From positions 5,703 to 69,702 of IMG/VR virus record IMGVR_UViG_3300010413_000022: DNA of 64,000 nt; one strand, written 5' to 3'. Position numbers and translations under genes: made by a program. Within the stretch, counting starts at the first letter, position 1. The number at the start of each line of letters is the position of its first letter. Source of the stretch: a virus. This document shows, piece by piece, positions 8,279-18,150 of the stretch. Below the pieces are notes generated by a model, which saw only the letters and a program-made list of their open reading frames with translations, was not told the DNA's origin and ran no database searches.

Positions 8279-10768
8279 TTATTGTCTGTTTAAATCTTCC
8301 TCAGTTCCTATGTCAATTTCCTTGCGTATTTGAGAGCCGTCCATATCAATATTAACACTACTCACTTTTTCAGTGGTGAATGTGTTTTGTAGAACTACTG
8401 GCTCAGGTACGGTAACCTGTGCAGCTTGGTTTTTAGCATTGACCATAGCCAGATTGCTTACATTTGTAATATTATCAACTTTTCTGCCTTCAATATTTAC
8501 ATTAGATTCTACATTGTCTTTTTTTAATCCAAATAATGATAGGCTTTTTTCAATTGGAGCCATTAATTGATTCAATAAATTCATAAACCAATTTTTAAAA
8601 TTTGTCCATGCTTCAGATATACCTTCTTTTAATTTAACAATCATGTTTTTCCCCCAATCTTTCATTCTTTGACCAAAATCTTTTATTGAATTCCAAAATC
8701 CAATAAAATCATTTTTTATATCAGCCCACATAATCATCCAAGCTTCCTTGAACAAAGCCATTATTTTTCCCCAATTTTTAATAACCCATATGACGGCAAC
8801 AATAACAGCAATAATGAGTATTATGGGCCAAGTTGCTGAGATTACAGCTATTGCAAGGGCTATAAATGCAGGTACTAAAGTACCCATTATGACCATTCCT
8901 ATAATCTTCCCATATTGTTCCCATTTGCTCATTGAACTGGTATTTTTTTTCATTGAAAAACCCATTTTATCAAATAAACTTCCTATCCAACGAAGACCTT
9001 TTCCTATTAATTTAAAAATAGGTTTAATAGCGTTCCATGCTGCCTTAATTCCAACTCCAATGCCTTTAAACAATGCCTTCAAACGTACTATCCATGTACC
9101 CATTGCTATTGCAAAATCTAGGATCCCTAATTTTTCCAATGCGCTTGCAAGTTGTTCGCTCATTGTAAATCCTTCACCATTAGCACTTTTCCATATCTCA
9201 CCAACCGCCCGGAGGATACCACCAAGTTTCTGCAGGAACCCAAGAAAGCCCTTAGCAGGTGCAGCCGTTCCTTTCATAACCTCATCAAATGATTTCAATG
9301 ATTTACGAATAAGAAGTATAACCCCGGCAATTGCAGCCCCTATAAGGATTATAGGCCATAGAACCACTATTGAGCTTAAGGCTGCCTTAACAACGGCATA
9401 TAGACCTCTTACCAATCCTTTTGATGCGAAGGTAGCGGCTATCTGGGTTTGCCCCATTGCAGCAAACGCCAGAGCCGCCTTTCCAGCCGCGAATTTTGCC
9501 AGATTCATTGCAACCGTAACGCTTCCAATAGCAACGGCAAGAACTCCAACGACTGCGGTCAACCTAATCACCCACTTACCTAATGGACTATTAGCAAGTT
9601 TTCCAATTAGACTAATTACTTTACTGAAACCTTTTATAAGTGGTCTGATTAATGGTTCAACTGCACTACCTATCTTAATCAGAGTTGTTTCCCATACTGA
9701 ACCTAAAATTGTTAAATCGCCTTTTAGGTTGTTCATCATTTGGTCAGCAATATTTTGAGCTGCACCATTGGCGTTCTCTAATTTTTGTATGTAGCTGTTA
9801 AAGTCAAAACCGCTCTCAATAGCTGAGTTAAATGCTGCAATAGCTTTTTGTCCACGAGGTCCGAATAATTCACCAAGCACCGCTGTTCTCTGGAAGTTAC
9901 CCATATCCTTAACACTATCCATTATCTTGGCAAATACTTCCGGAGCTGATCTCATATTCCCGGCTGCATCAACTATGTCACTCATTTGCATGTTGAGCAT
10001 CTTCAATTTCTCCGGGGTAAGCTTAGTCAAGAACCTGTTAAAGTTCTGTATTGCCGTACCTGCTGAACTTCCCTGAATACCTATATTACCAAGCATACCA
10101 GCCATTGCCGTTGTCTGTTCAAGAGACCAGCCTAGACCTTTAGCTGAGGCGGCTGCATAAGCAAATGTTTCTCCAAGCATTTCTACAGATACGTTTGCAC
10201 TGGTAGCTCCAAGGGCAAGCACATCAGCAACACGACCCATATCCTTAGCTTTGAGACCCATTGCCGTCAATATGTTTGAGGCAATATCCGCTGACCGGGC
10301 TAAATCGAGATTACCAGCCGCCGCAAGGTTAAGAACGCCGGGCATAGCTGCCATAATCTCATTAGTCTTAAAGCCAGCCATAGCAAGGAAAGCCTGACCC
10401 TCAGCCGCTTGTTTAGCAGAAAACTTGGTAGCTTCACCCAGCCTCATAGCTTCATCGGCAAGCTCCCTCTGTACAGCTATATTCGTAGTCTGTGATTTGG
10501 CGTATACCTCAGACATAGTGGCATTAAAGTCCATAGACTTGCCAACACCTGCCAATACAGGGGCTAACATTAACGCTCCGGCTGCAATACCAGCAAAGCC
10601 AGCTTTCATTCTATTGAGAGCCTTATCAATGTTTCTATTAGCCTCCATTTCTACACCAAGCCTTTGCCATCGTGCAGAAATGGTGTCAGCGGTACGGGTA
10701 AAGTTATCATGCAAGCTGAAAACTATACCCGTACCTATTGCACCGCCTGAACCACCGCTAAATATCAT
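8279..10768 (-). CDS. tail tape measure protein (TP901 family)
   Basis: TKFSAxQAAEG..FLAMAGF, GIQGSSAGT, AxxMMNNLKGDL motifs; hydrophobic C-half. Confidence 0.95.
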   Translation of the reverse strand: MIFSGGSGGAIGTGIVFSLHDNFTRTADTISARWQRLGVEMEANRNIDKALNRMKAGFAGIAAGALMLAPVLAGVGKSMDFNATMSEVYAKSQTTNIAVQRELADEAMRLGEATKFSAKQAAEGQAFLAMAGFKTNEIMAAMPGVLNLAAAGNLDLARSADIASNILTAMGLKAKDMGRVADVLALGATSANVSVEMLGETFAYAAASAKGLGWSLEQTTAMAGMLGNIGIQGSSAGTAIQNFNRFLTKLTPEKLKMLNMQMSDIVDAAGNMRSAPEVFAKIMDSVKDMGNFQRTAVLGELFGPRGQKAIAAFNSAIESGFDFNSYIQKLENANGAAQNIADQMMNNLKGDLTILGSVWETTLIKIGSAVEPLIRPLIKGFSKVISLIGKLANSPLGKWVIRLTAVVGVLAVAIGSVTVAMNLAKFAAGKAALAFAAMGQTQIAATFASKGLVRGLYAVVKAALSSIVVLWPIILIGAAIAGVILLIRKSLKSFDEVMKGTAAPAKGFLGFLQKLGGILRAVGEIWKSANGEGFTMSEQLASALEKLGILDFAIAMGTWIVRLKALFKGIGVGIKAAWNAIKPIFKLIGKGLRWIGSLFDKMGFSMKKNTSSMSKWEQYGKIIGMVIMGTLVPAFIALAIAVISATWPIILIIAVIVAVIWVIKNWGKIMALFKEAWMIMWADIKNDFIGFWNSIKDFGQRMKDWGKNMIVKLKEGISEAWTNFKNWFMNLLNQLMAPIEKSLSLFGLKKDNVESNVNIEGRKVDNITNVSNLAMVNAKNQAAQVTVPEPVVLQNTFTTEKVSSVNIDMDGSQIRKEIDIGTEEDLNRQ

Positions 10769-11010
10769 GTCTTAGATTTATTTTTAATTTTCTGTACTTC
10801 TGCTTCCTCTAGTTTTTTCTGAGTGACAAACCAGTCATACACTGCTCTTATTTTCTCATAATTCCAGTTGTACAACTGAGCTTCGGTTACAGCCAGACCT
10901 CCATAATTGAAATCGAACCAAAGCCTATCAAGATTAATTATTAGAGGTTTTTCTAATATATCCTCATAGGCTGGGTCTAAATCTATAACGCTAGGCTGGC
11001 AAAGAAAAAA
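10765..11010 (-). CDS. tail assembly chaperone frameshift extension (gpGT-like, -1 frame)
   Basis: T-TTT-TTC heptamer at 11004-11010; -1 frame open for ~80 codons (FFLCQPSVIDLDPAYEDILEKPLIINLDRLWFDFNYGG...NKSKT*), stop overlaps TMP start (ATGA). Confidence 0.85.
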   Translation of the reverse strand, partial: FFLCQPSVIDLDPAYEDILEKPLIINLDRLWFDFNYGGLAVTEAQLYNWNYEKIRAVYDWFVTQKKLEEAEVQKIKNKSKT

Positions 11011-11873
11011 GCCGGGGTCTGCAATAAATCAACCTGTGCTATTTTGCTGGAATCTTCATCTGATTGAACTACAATCATGCTGTCAACATTACCCTCGTAG
11101 CTCATTATATCCTTACGAAGCTCCTCAATATCACGGTTGCATAAGTCATCGAGAGGAACAGGTTGAATAACCTCCTTACTTTCTGTAGACCTTTGCATAT
11201 CCTTGTATTTTGGAGAATGCAAATGAAGTTGAGTATGGCTGTTTGTTTCAACCTTCATGTTAGTTAAACGATCCTCATCTTTCCCGGTTGCCAAGTTCCA
11301 ATATATCTCAACTCCACATTCAGGCAATTTAAGCGTTTTCTTAGCCCTTTCTTCCAACATGGCATCATAATTATCATAACACACAGGAAAGTCGCCTGAA
11401 TATACTTTATTTTTGAACTCAGTACTATTCTCAGTTAAGTTCTCATTGCCAGTTTCAAGCATTAAATCTTCAAGCATCTTTTCCCTTACCCATTTTGCCG
11501 GGGTAACTGGAAAACTCTCGTTTGTAAATTCAACCTCAAAACGTTGCTTAAGCTTCCTCTGGTTATCAGTTGGAAACTCATAGTCAAACACAAACCTTTT
11601 TGTGTCCTCATTAGATATTCTACGTATTTCCCAGAGTAGAAACTTCCTGTCAAAACTGGTAAGCTTATCTACATAATCCTCCGGGATACTATTACTGTTA
11701 CCAAGGGTACGCAAACAATCCCACAGGATAGTTTTTAAACCTTTGATACGCTTCTTTTCGTCTTGGCTGGTAATCAACGCTTGGTGTTTACCTTCAAGAC
11801 CTCTGATTTCTGCGGCTACCCCACTAGGTAATACTGTTCTAGCCGTCTTTTGTACTTTAAAAATGTTTTCCAT
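10983..11873 (-). CDS. tail assembly chaperone (gpG-like); start moved to ATG 11873
   Basis: Upstream of TMP with slippery site; the ORF-track start reads through a terminator, so MENIFK is the likely start. Confidence 0.75.
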   Translation of the reverse strand: MENIFKVQKTARTVLPSGVAAEIRGLEGKHQALITSQDEKKRIKGLKTILWDCLRTLGNSNSIPEDYVDKLTSFDRKFLLWEIRRISNEDTKRFVFDYEFPTDNQRKLKQRFEVEFTNESFPVTPAKWVREKMLEDLMLETGNENLTENSTEFKNKVYSGDFPVCYDNYDAMLEERAKKTLKLPECGVEIYWNLATGKDEDRLTNMKVETNSHTQLHLHSPKYKDMQRSTESKEVIQPVPLDDLCNRDIEELRKDIMSYEGNVDSMIVVQSDEDSSKIAQVDLLQTPAFFFASLAL

Positions 11874-11913
11874 TTTACAATTAATTTTTATAGTTGACCT
11901 TGTGAACAAGATA

Positions 11914-11941
11914 CAAAAAAAACCCGGCACAAACCGGGTTC
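11914..11941 (-). terminator. intrinsic terminator
   Basis: ACCCGG-TTTGTG-CCGGGT plus T-run on minus strand. Confidence 0.8.
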
Positions 11942-11962
11942 TCATAGCAACATTCAAACAAC

Positions 11963-13339
11963 CTATTTAACATCAAAATGGTGTCCAAATCTGGTAGGCA
12001 TACAAAAATATCTACGTTCTGAATCAGGGTTGGTAACGTAAATGTTGTTGTTTTCAAAAGCTTCAAGGCTATAAACTTTCTTGTTCTTTTTGCTTATAAT
12101 CTCAACTTTTTGCTTCTCAACTTCTTTCTTTGCTGCCTCAAAGCTCTTTTCATCTGTTACCTTGGTAAGCATTTCAATTACAGGGTGCAATTCTGGCTGG
12201 GCTTTTTCTTTCTTTTCAGTCTTTGTTTCAGTTTTATTTTCAGTAGCCTTAGCACCTTCAGCCATATTTTTACCAATCTTTCCAAGCTCACTGATTAAAG
12301 CTTTAATTTGCTCAGGTGTTTTGAATTCTCCGGCTGCATAATCTTTCCTTAAAGTGGTAAGTTCTTTTTCACCTTCTTTTGTCAATTCCAAAACACTGGC
12401 TTTTTCAACATCACTCTTAGGTAAACTAACAACTTTGTCAGAAATAAGCTTCGCAACAAACTCACCATATTCACTAAGTTTTTTCTCAGCTTTTTTAGTG
12501 TCAGCTTTAGGTTTCTCATCAGTAGCAGGTGCAGTTTTTTCTTCAACATCTTTCAGCACCTCAACATCATTGTTTGCAAGCATAACAAGTTTCTCAGTAC
12601 CGTTAACATTGTACTTTATAGACTTCTCGTTTACTTTTGTTACAACTCCATTCTCAGAGTTACCGTCTTTGTTGGTTACTTTTACTTCTTGTCCAACTTT
12701 TAATTCTACTGCTTTTTTCATTTCAGTGGTGTTTAAATTATTATTATCATTAATTGTTTCAAATGTCTTGTAGGTTTTGCCATTGTATTCATAAGTAAAA
12801 ACAAAGCCCCAACCTATTCCAGTATTTGTTTCGTAGCCAGTAATCTTAATGTTTGCATAATCATCAGTAATAAAACTAGCTTCTTTCAAATTTCGGCTCA
12901 TAAACTCACTCCATGTCCAAGCTCCACAATCCCTGTTCTTAAAAGTTTTATGCAGCTCCTCAAGCTTCTCTAAACCTTCAAGGTTAAAGTCTTTGTCAAC
13001 AACTTTACACATTTCAGTCATTACTTCGCTTGGAATACATTGCTCAATAAAAACATATTTGTATTGTTGTAATTCATATCCATAAAGCACAGGCGCATCA
13101 CAATGGTTGTACTCATAAATATCTTCCATACCGTTAAAGCTTCCCATTTGCAGCCCGGCAAGTTCTTGTTTAACTATATTGTTGTCAGGTCCACAATTAT
13201 AACTTATGCGTAAAGAGCTGCCTCCTGAATACTTACTGCTTTTAACACTAGCTTTAATGTTATATTTTTCCTTAAGGTGTTTCTTAATAAGGGCGGTGGT
13301 TTTTTTAGTGTCTGCTTTTTGTGTTTCTTGCGTTTTCAT
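11963..13339 (-). CDS. LPD29-like domain protein with K/E-rich C-terminal half
   Basis: TxxLIKKxLK...SVKSSKYSGGSSLxISYxxGP...FNGMEDIY resembles large polyvalent protein domain 29. Confidence 0.7.
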   Translation of the reverse strand: MKTQETQKADTKKTTALIKKHLKEKYNIKASVKSSKYSGGSSLRISYNCGPDNNIVKQELAGLQMGSFNGMEDIYEYNHCDAPVLYGYELQQYKYVFIEQCIPSEVMTEMCKVVDKDFNLEGLEKLEELHKTFKNRDCGAWTWSEFMSRNLKEASFITDDYANIKITGYETNTGIGWGFVFTYEYNGKTYKTFETINDNNNLNTTEMKKAVELKVGQEVKVTNKDGNSENGVVTKVNEKSIKYNVNGTEKLVMLANNDVEVLKDVEEKTAPATDEKPKADTKKAEKKLSEYGEFVAKLISDKVVSLPKSDVEKASVLELTKEGEKELTTLRKDYAAGEFKTPEQIKALISELGKIGKNMAEGAKATENKTETKTEKKEKAQPELHPVIEMLTKVTDEKSFEAAKKEVEKQKVEIISKKNKKVYSLEAFENNNIYVTNPDSERRYFCMPTRFGHHFDVK

Positions 13340-13370
13340 GTTGCTGCTTTTTAGTGGTGTTTATATATCC

Positions 13371-13387
13371 TTTTACGGTAGTCAAAA
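13371..13387 (-). promoter_or_regulatory. operator-like site TTTTGAC-TACC-GTAAAA
   Basis: Copy of recurring TTGAC-N4-GT(C)AA motif upstream of LPD29 gene; a second copy lies at 13506-13523. Confidence 0.6.
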
Positions 13388-13533
13388 CTCAGGGTTGCAA
13401 TTTTTTTTGTCTTTTTTTTCACTTTTTTTATCGCTATGTTTGTTGCTGCCTTTGTTTTAAACTCACTGCTAAAGTATGTAATCTGATTTAATTCACCAAA
13501 TCTATTTTTCACTTTTGTCAAAATTAAAAGCAT

Positions 13534-13567
13534 AAAAAAAACCCTAAACGTACATCGAATAGGGTTT
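13534..13567 (-). terminator. intrinsic terminator
   Basis: AAACCCTA...TAGGGTTT plus T-run. Confidence 0.65.
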
Positions 13568-13585
13568 CAGCTTGATAAAAAAAAA

Positions 13586-13936
13586 TTAAACCAGGAGTGT
13601 GGATATTGTGTCATCTGTTACTACTAACCAGTTGAAGATAGCCTCAACTTTTTCCTCGGCAATATCATCATCAAGGTCAAATTTGTCAGCGAACCAAAAC
13701 TTAAGTTCCTCTCTCTCTGTATCATCAAGGTCTTTATACTGAGCTGCAATAAGCTTACCTTTTTTAGCTATTGCATAAGCATCAGGAATTGTGCTAATAG
13801 CAATACCAGCCGCTTCAAGACCAGATACTTTTCCATCATCTGCTAAAGCTTCCTCAACTTTGTCAACAACTTCAAAAGCTGTTTCGAGAACTTTTTTTAG
13901 TTCATCAATTCCGTAAGTTTTTGTTTCATCACTCAT
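13586..13936 (-). CDS. hypothetical acidic helical phage protein
   Basis: Clean ORF with its own leader. Confidence 0.75.
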   Translation of the reverse strand: MSDETKTYGIDELKKVLETAFEVVDKVEEALADDGKVSGLEAAGIAISTIPDAYAIAKKGKLIAAQYKDLDDTEREELKFWFADKFDLDDDIAEEKVEAIFNWLVVTDDTISTLLV

Positions 13937-13991
13937 GTTTACGTGTGTTTAATTAGACATAAAATTAAAACTTTTAGAGCTACTAATATAC

Positions 13992-14035
13992 AAAAAAATA
14001 GCTTCTATCCATGTGGCACACAGACAGAATCTATG
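13992..14035 (-). terminator. long hairpin terminator after tail tube
   Basis: ATAGATTCTGTCTGTGTG..CACATGGATAGAAGCTAT followed by T-run. Confidence 0.7.
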
Positions 14036-14050
14036 AATTTTATTTATTTG

Positions 14051-14494
14051 TTACCCAACCCGGTCAAAGTCATCAACTGAAAGCACTACAGTACGTAATA
14101 CATCAGCAGAGTTATCTCCACGAGTATCATACTGAGCAGTTTCTATTGATTTCACCCAGATTTCATCAAGGTAATACCTTGCTACAGGAATGCCATCGTT
14201 TAGTTCCAAAAGAAAACCTACACGAGTGTAAGCTCCTCTTATGTTGGTTTGAGCTGTCCTGAACCAATTCCAAATCTCAGGGTCTCCCTCTGGAACTGGA
14301 ACAACCTTTTCAACGGTAAGGTCACCTACCATTTTCTTGCCCGGTGTTTTTTTGTCCGGACGGTTGCCTTGGTTACCTTGTTTATGTTCCGCATACTCAA
14401 TCTTCGGTACTGTAACGCCCTGCAATGCGGCTTGAACAACACCCTCGATTTCAAGGGCAAAGTCATAGTTCTTTAATGGATTATTAACTGCCAT
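14051..14494 (-). CDS. tail tube protein (T4 gp19-like)
   Basis: NPLxxYxFxLEIxG, KxPGxxxxGDLTxEK, WxWF motifs; follows sheath. Confidence 0.9.
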   Translation of the reverse strand: MAVNNPLKNYDFALEIEGVVQAALQGVTVPKIEYAEHKQGNQGNRPDKKTPGKKMVGDLTVEKVVPVPEGDPEIWNWFRTAQTNIRGAYTRVGFLLELNDGIPVARYYLDEIWVKSIETAQYDTRGDNSADVLRTVVLSVDDFDRVG

Positions 14495-14505
14495 ATCTTA
14501 GATTT

Positions 14506-16446
14506 TTAAAGTGTTTGTAATACTTGAACGTTCAGGATAGTAGCAGAATCAGCAGGGGCTATGTCAATAGCGATATACTCATTGGCTGCAATAGGCTTGA
14601 AAGCAAACCTAGCCCGGTATTTACCAGCATCAACATCAGCACGGGTGTTAAAAGACAGGTCATCGAGAGACTGAGCTTCTTGGTCACCAAACCAGTGCCA
14701 CCATTTACCTTCACCTCTTAATCCACCAGCTTCACCCTCAATAGCCCTGTTATCAACAAGGGATACAATGAAAGGTCTTACCCGGCGGTAAAGTTCTTGG
14801 AACATAATAATATCATTCGGTTTGAATGATTGCACAGCAACAATTGATTTAAGGCTACGAGAAATATAAACAACCAAATCAGCAATGTTGCTCTTACTCA
14901 ACAAACTGGTTTTATCCAGTAATGTAGAACGGTTTCCCCAAGGAACAATCTTAAACATGGCATGTTCAACAATAGCGTTTACGCCTTGCTCATAAAGAGT
15001 ATCGTAATCTGATTTATAAGCCGGGCTTAAGAAATTCAAAGGAAGCCTGTTTATTTTCTGGAAAGAACCAATACCTGACTGTGCGCCAGAATCACTGAAC
15101 CATTCACCGTTAACACGGTCTTTTTGTGAACGGCTGGCTATTTTATAAGGCAATGCCGTAACAGCTTTGTCCTTAACTGTAGAATCATCCGGATCTGAAA
15201 TTTCACAATCAGTATACCAAAAATCAACATACATTGAATCAATTGGAGAATGAGAATAAGCTCCTGTACCGTTTCTGTAATCTCCTACTCCTGTAACACC
15301 AAGACCAAGAGGTGAACGTACAACTGCTCTCATATCTTTCCTGCCATCTACATAAGAAGCAAAAGCGGCATCAACTTCTGGAACTGCACGGTTAAGGTTT
15401 ACCAGTCTCATAGAATCTTGTACATTATCAAAAACATGTACGCCAACACCTGAGATTTGAGAACCTGCATAGTCAGCGGTAACAAGTTCTGATAAGTCCT
15501 GAACACCACCTGATAGGTTAGCTGTTCCAACTGGAATAACGTTAGAGATAGAAACAACCTGTACACCTGCATCAGCTCCTCTTAATTTACCATTGATTGC
15601 ATCAATAGCAATTTGGTCAATACTTGTAGAAAGTATATCACGAACAGTAGCCACTTGGTCTGAATCAGGAAGCTCAACAGTAATGTCAACATAGCCTGAT
15701 TTATTACTTGCGGCGGCGGCAATTGTAATAACTGCATCGTTGTAACCAGCACCAACAGCCTCAGCGTTGAAAACTATGTTTGATGAACCTGCATCAATAC
15801 CTCCTGACATTGCTACTGAGTTACCAACAGTAACATCACCGCCAACTGTACCAGCAATTAAGAATCCGTTTGGAGTAGAGCCTGAACCGGCTACACCTGA
15901 AATAATAACAGAAGCACCTACAGCTGTAGCGTTATAATCCGGGGCTGAGGTGTTTGCTGTGATTGCGGCGGCTACGGCTGTAGCAGTTGCCTCATTTGAA
16001 GTTGCCCAAGATACAGCTCCACCAAGTACATCAACACCGTTGACAGTTATGGTTTGCACTTCATTACCAGCTCCGGCAGAGCCTCCGGTAATGTCAATAC
16101 TACCTGTGGCAAGTACTTCTAATACTGATTGAGCAACTGTAGCTGAGGCTTTAGTTCCAGATATAGTACCAATATCATCAATATCAGTTAAATGGAACAA
16201 GCGGCCAACGTAAAGTACTGCACCAGCTTCAAGAGCCAGTTTGCATAAAAGAGCGTCATCGTTATCTTGGATTATTCCACCAAGTTTACGAGCGAATTGA
16301 ATCCGATTACCAGCCTTATAGAATACACCGGGCAGCCCCCTCTTGGTAGCTGCCAGCACACAGATAATTCCTTTCTCTTGATTGGCGGTAATAATTGATA
16401 GATTAGTTACCGTTGTAACTACTCCGGGAGTGCCTGATAAATTCAT
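14506..16446 (-). CDS. contractile tail sheath protein
   Basis: PGV start, LYxQGVNAI, WGNR, FxPND, F.P....EYI motifs. Confidence 0.9.
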   Translation of the reverse strand: MNLSGTPGVVTTVTNLSIITANQEKGIICVLAATKRGLPGVFYKAGNRIQFARKLGGIIQDNDDALLCKLALEAGAVLYVGRLFHLTDIDDIGTISGTKASATVAQSVLEVLATGSIDITGGSAGAGNEVQTITVNGVDVLGGAVSWATSNEATATAVAAAITANTSAPDYNATAVGASVIISGVAGSGSTPNGFLIAGTVGGDVTVGNSVAMSGGIDAGSSNIVFNAEAVGAGYNDAVITIAAAASNKSGYVDITVELPDSDQVATVRDILSTSIDQIAIDAINGKLRGADAGVQVVSISNVIPVGTANLSGGVQDLSELVTADYAGSQISGVGVHVFDNVQDSMRLVNLNRAVPEVDAAFASYVDGRKDMRAVVRSPLGLGVTGVGDYRNGTGAYSHSPIDSMYVDFWYTDCEISDPDDSTVKDKAVTALPYKIASRSQKDRVNGEWFSDSGAQSGIGSFQKINRLPLNFLSPAYKSDYDTLYEQGVNAIVEHAMFKIVPWGNRSTLLDKTSLLSKSNIADLVVYISRSLKSIVAVQSFKPNDIIMFQELYRRVRPFIVSLVDNRAIEGEAGGLRGEGKWWHWFGDQEAQSLDDLSFNTRADVDAGKYRARFAFKPIAANEYIAIDIAPADSATILNVQVLQTL

Positions 16447-16511
16447 TTTTCCGAATTTTTTAAGAATTATAAATAATTACTACTTCAATATATCAAATTT
16501 TATCCAGACTA

Positions 16512-17189
16512 TTAAGGGATTGTAACAACAATATCATCTGTGCCGTCAATAGCAATGTCTTTATTAGAGCTGATACCAATAGATATTTCCTCAGCTCTGG
16601 CAATTACTGTATCACCTGTGTTGCCAATTAAATCAACACTTGGAATATCAAACATAATAGCCCTTTCCATGAACTTGTTACTATCAAGTTGGATATAGTT
16701 TCTCCTCCATACCTTAAATCTTCCGGTAACATTTGCATCATTGTCCATAGCATCAATAATATGCCTAAACCTTAATTTCTGTAAAATTATACCCTCCATA
16801 ATTTCAAGATATGAAGTGTCATAGCAAACTACACTAATACGGTATTGAAGGTCAAATAAACCCTCAGCGGTTACCGTTTTATCATAGTTGTTGTTTTCCT
16901 CGTTGAATACATATTCAGGCACAGATTTAGTACCTGTCTGGCTGGGCTGGGCATCTTCTTTTTCTACTATAATACAGTTTTCTTCCAGCCTTTCGTGTGC
17001 CTTGTAGCTTCCTGAGTTCTCAATATAAATAGGCTTTTTGCCTGAGCTTTTAATAGCTTCAATAGCATTTATGTAACCTTGGTTATCATTCAAGTAATTA
17101 ACTGCATCCGGAAGATAACCAGCCGCAACTATTCCTAGACGAATAGCCTCATAAATACCGTTCTCTATTTGTACCTCTGTTAGTTTCAT
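16512..17189 (-). CDS. putative tail terminator
   Basis: Position just upstream of sheath; size. Confidence 0.55.
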   Translation of the reverse strand: MKLTEVQIENGIYEAIRLGIVAAGYLPDAVNYLNDNQGYINAIEAIKSSGKKPIYIENSGSYKAHERLEENCIIVEKEDAQPSQTGTKSVPEYVFNEENNNYDKTVTAEGLFDLQYRISVVCYDTSYLEIMEGIILQKLRFRHIIDAMDNDANVTGRFKVWRRNYIQLDSNKFMERAIMFDIPSVDLIGNTGDTVIARAEEISIGISSNKDIAIDGTDDIVVTIP

Positions 17190-17686
17190 ACGCTGTATTT
17201 AGTTCTAATATAATTATAAACACCCATACCGAACATATCTTGCTCAACAATTTTTTTACGCATGAGCCTGTTTACCGGGCGAAAATGCGGTCTGGCAATT
17301 CTGGCATCACCCTTCCTGCCATATTCCAGGACCGCACCAATCTGTACAAGGTCATCACCTTCCTTATTCTTAACGCCCTTCCTTACACCTACAAATACAC
17401 TAGAGCTATCTGCAGAAACAGTACTGGTAATCCTGTTTATATAATCACCTGTACGCCTTAACATCAATTGTGAATAGCCCTGAGATATTTTGCGTTGCTT
17501 ATACTCCTCACTTAATTTAGGCCATGTAGAAGGTTGTTTTTGTATGTATTTAACTACCTTTCTTTCTGCTTCAAGACCAACACGTTTCATAACTACTCCT
17601 GTAGCATGTTTAATGTCGGCACCTACTTCATTTGCCAACCGGGTAGCCTTACCCCAATTTCCAACCTTTCTAAAATTCTGAGACAT
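17186..17686 (-). CDS. neck / virion morphogenesis protein (HK97 gp10 / Mu gpG-like)
   Basis: WPKLS.EY..RK, L.RTG, EYG....I.RP.F.P motifs. Confidence 0.75.
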   Translation of the reverse strand: MSQNFRKVGNWGKATRLANEVGADIKHATGVVMKRVGLEAERKVVKYIQKQPSTWPKLSEEYKQRKISQGYSQLMLRRTGDYINRITSTVSADSSSVFVGVRKGVKNKEGDDLVQIGAVLEYGRKGDARIARPHFRPVNRLMRKKIVEQDMFGMGVYNYIRTKYSV

Positions 17687-18147
17687 TATTTTAAGTCACG
17701 TTTAAAAAACACCTTTACAACCACTTCTGTAGCATTTAATTGTCCAGCTAAGTTAACACCCATAACCTGTAATTTTTCGCCTTCAATGGTGATAAAATCC
17801 TTCTCAGGTATAAAAACAACATTACGCTCAGGTGTGCCGTTATTATCTATTGTTTCAACTAATCCCTGAGATAGAAGATAATCCCAGCCAAACAATACGT
17901 AACCCATTGAAAAGTCAAATTTACCAAGGGTCTCTACAGTTATCTCACTGTCCGGAGCATTCCAAACAACAAGTCCAAGAAGCTCATACCGGGTACTATT
18001 ATCAGCATTGTGGTTATCACGACCGAACCTAGAAACAGTTTCACTTGGAGACAGCTCATAAAACACTGTTTTTTTTGTGAATGTTTCAATAGTTTCGTTC
18101 AGTACATCTCTGATTTCTTGAAAATCATCATCTTCTAAGAATGCCAT
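17686..18147 (-). CDS. putative head closure protein
   Basis: Synteny; beta-rich, D.I.IEG motif. Confidence 0.55.
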   Translation of the reverse strand: MAFLEDDDFQEIRDVLNETIETFTKKTVFYELSPSETVSRFGRDNHNADNSTRYELLGLVVWNAPDSEITVETLGKFDFSMGYVLFGWDYLLSQGLVETIDNNGTPERNVVFIPEKDFITIEGEKLQVMGVNLAGQLNATEVVVKVFFKRDLK

Positions 18148-18150
18148 AAC

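Noticed and set aside
13351-13533. 60-aa minus-strand ORF (also 38829-39038 and 11881-12066)
   Set aside because: They run across promoters, operators, repeats or terminators and have low-complexity translations.
2557-16446. Extracellular contractile injection system or tailocin
   Set aside because: Tube, LysM and gp25 genes resemble eCIS parts, but capsid, portal, protease and terminase are present, so this is a phage.
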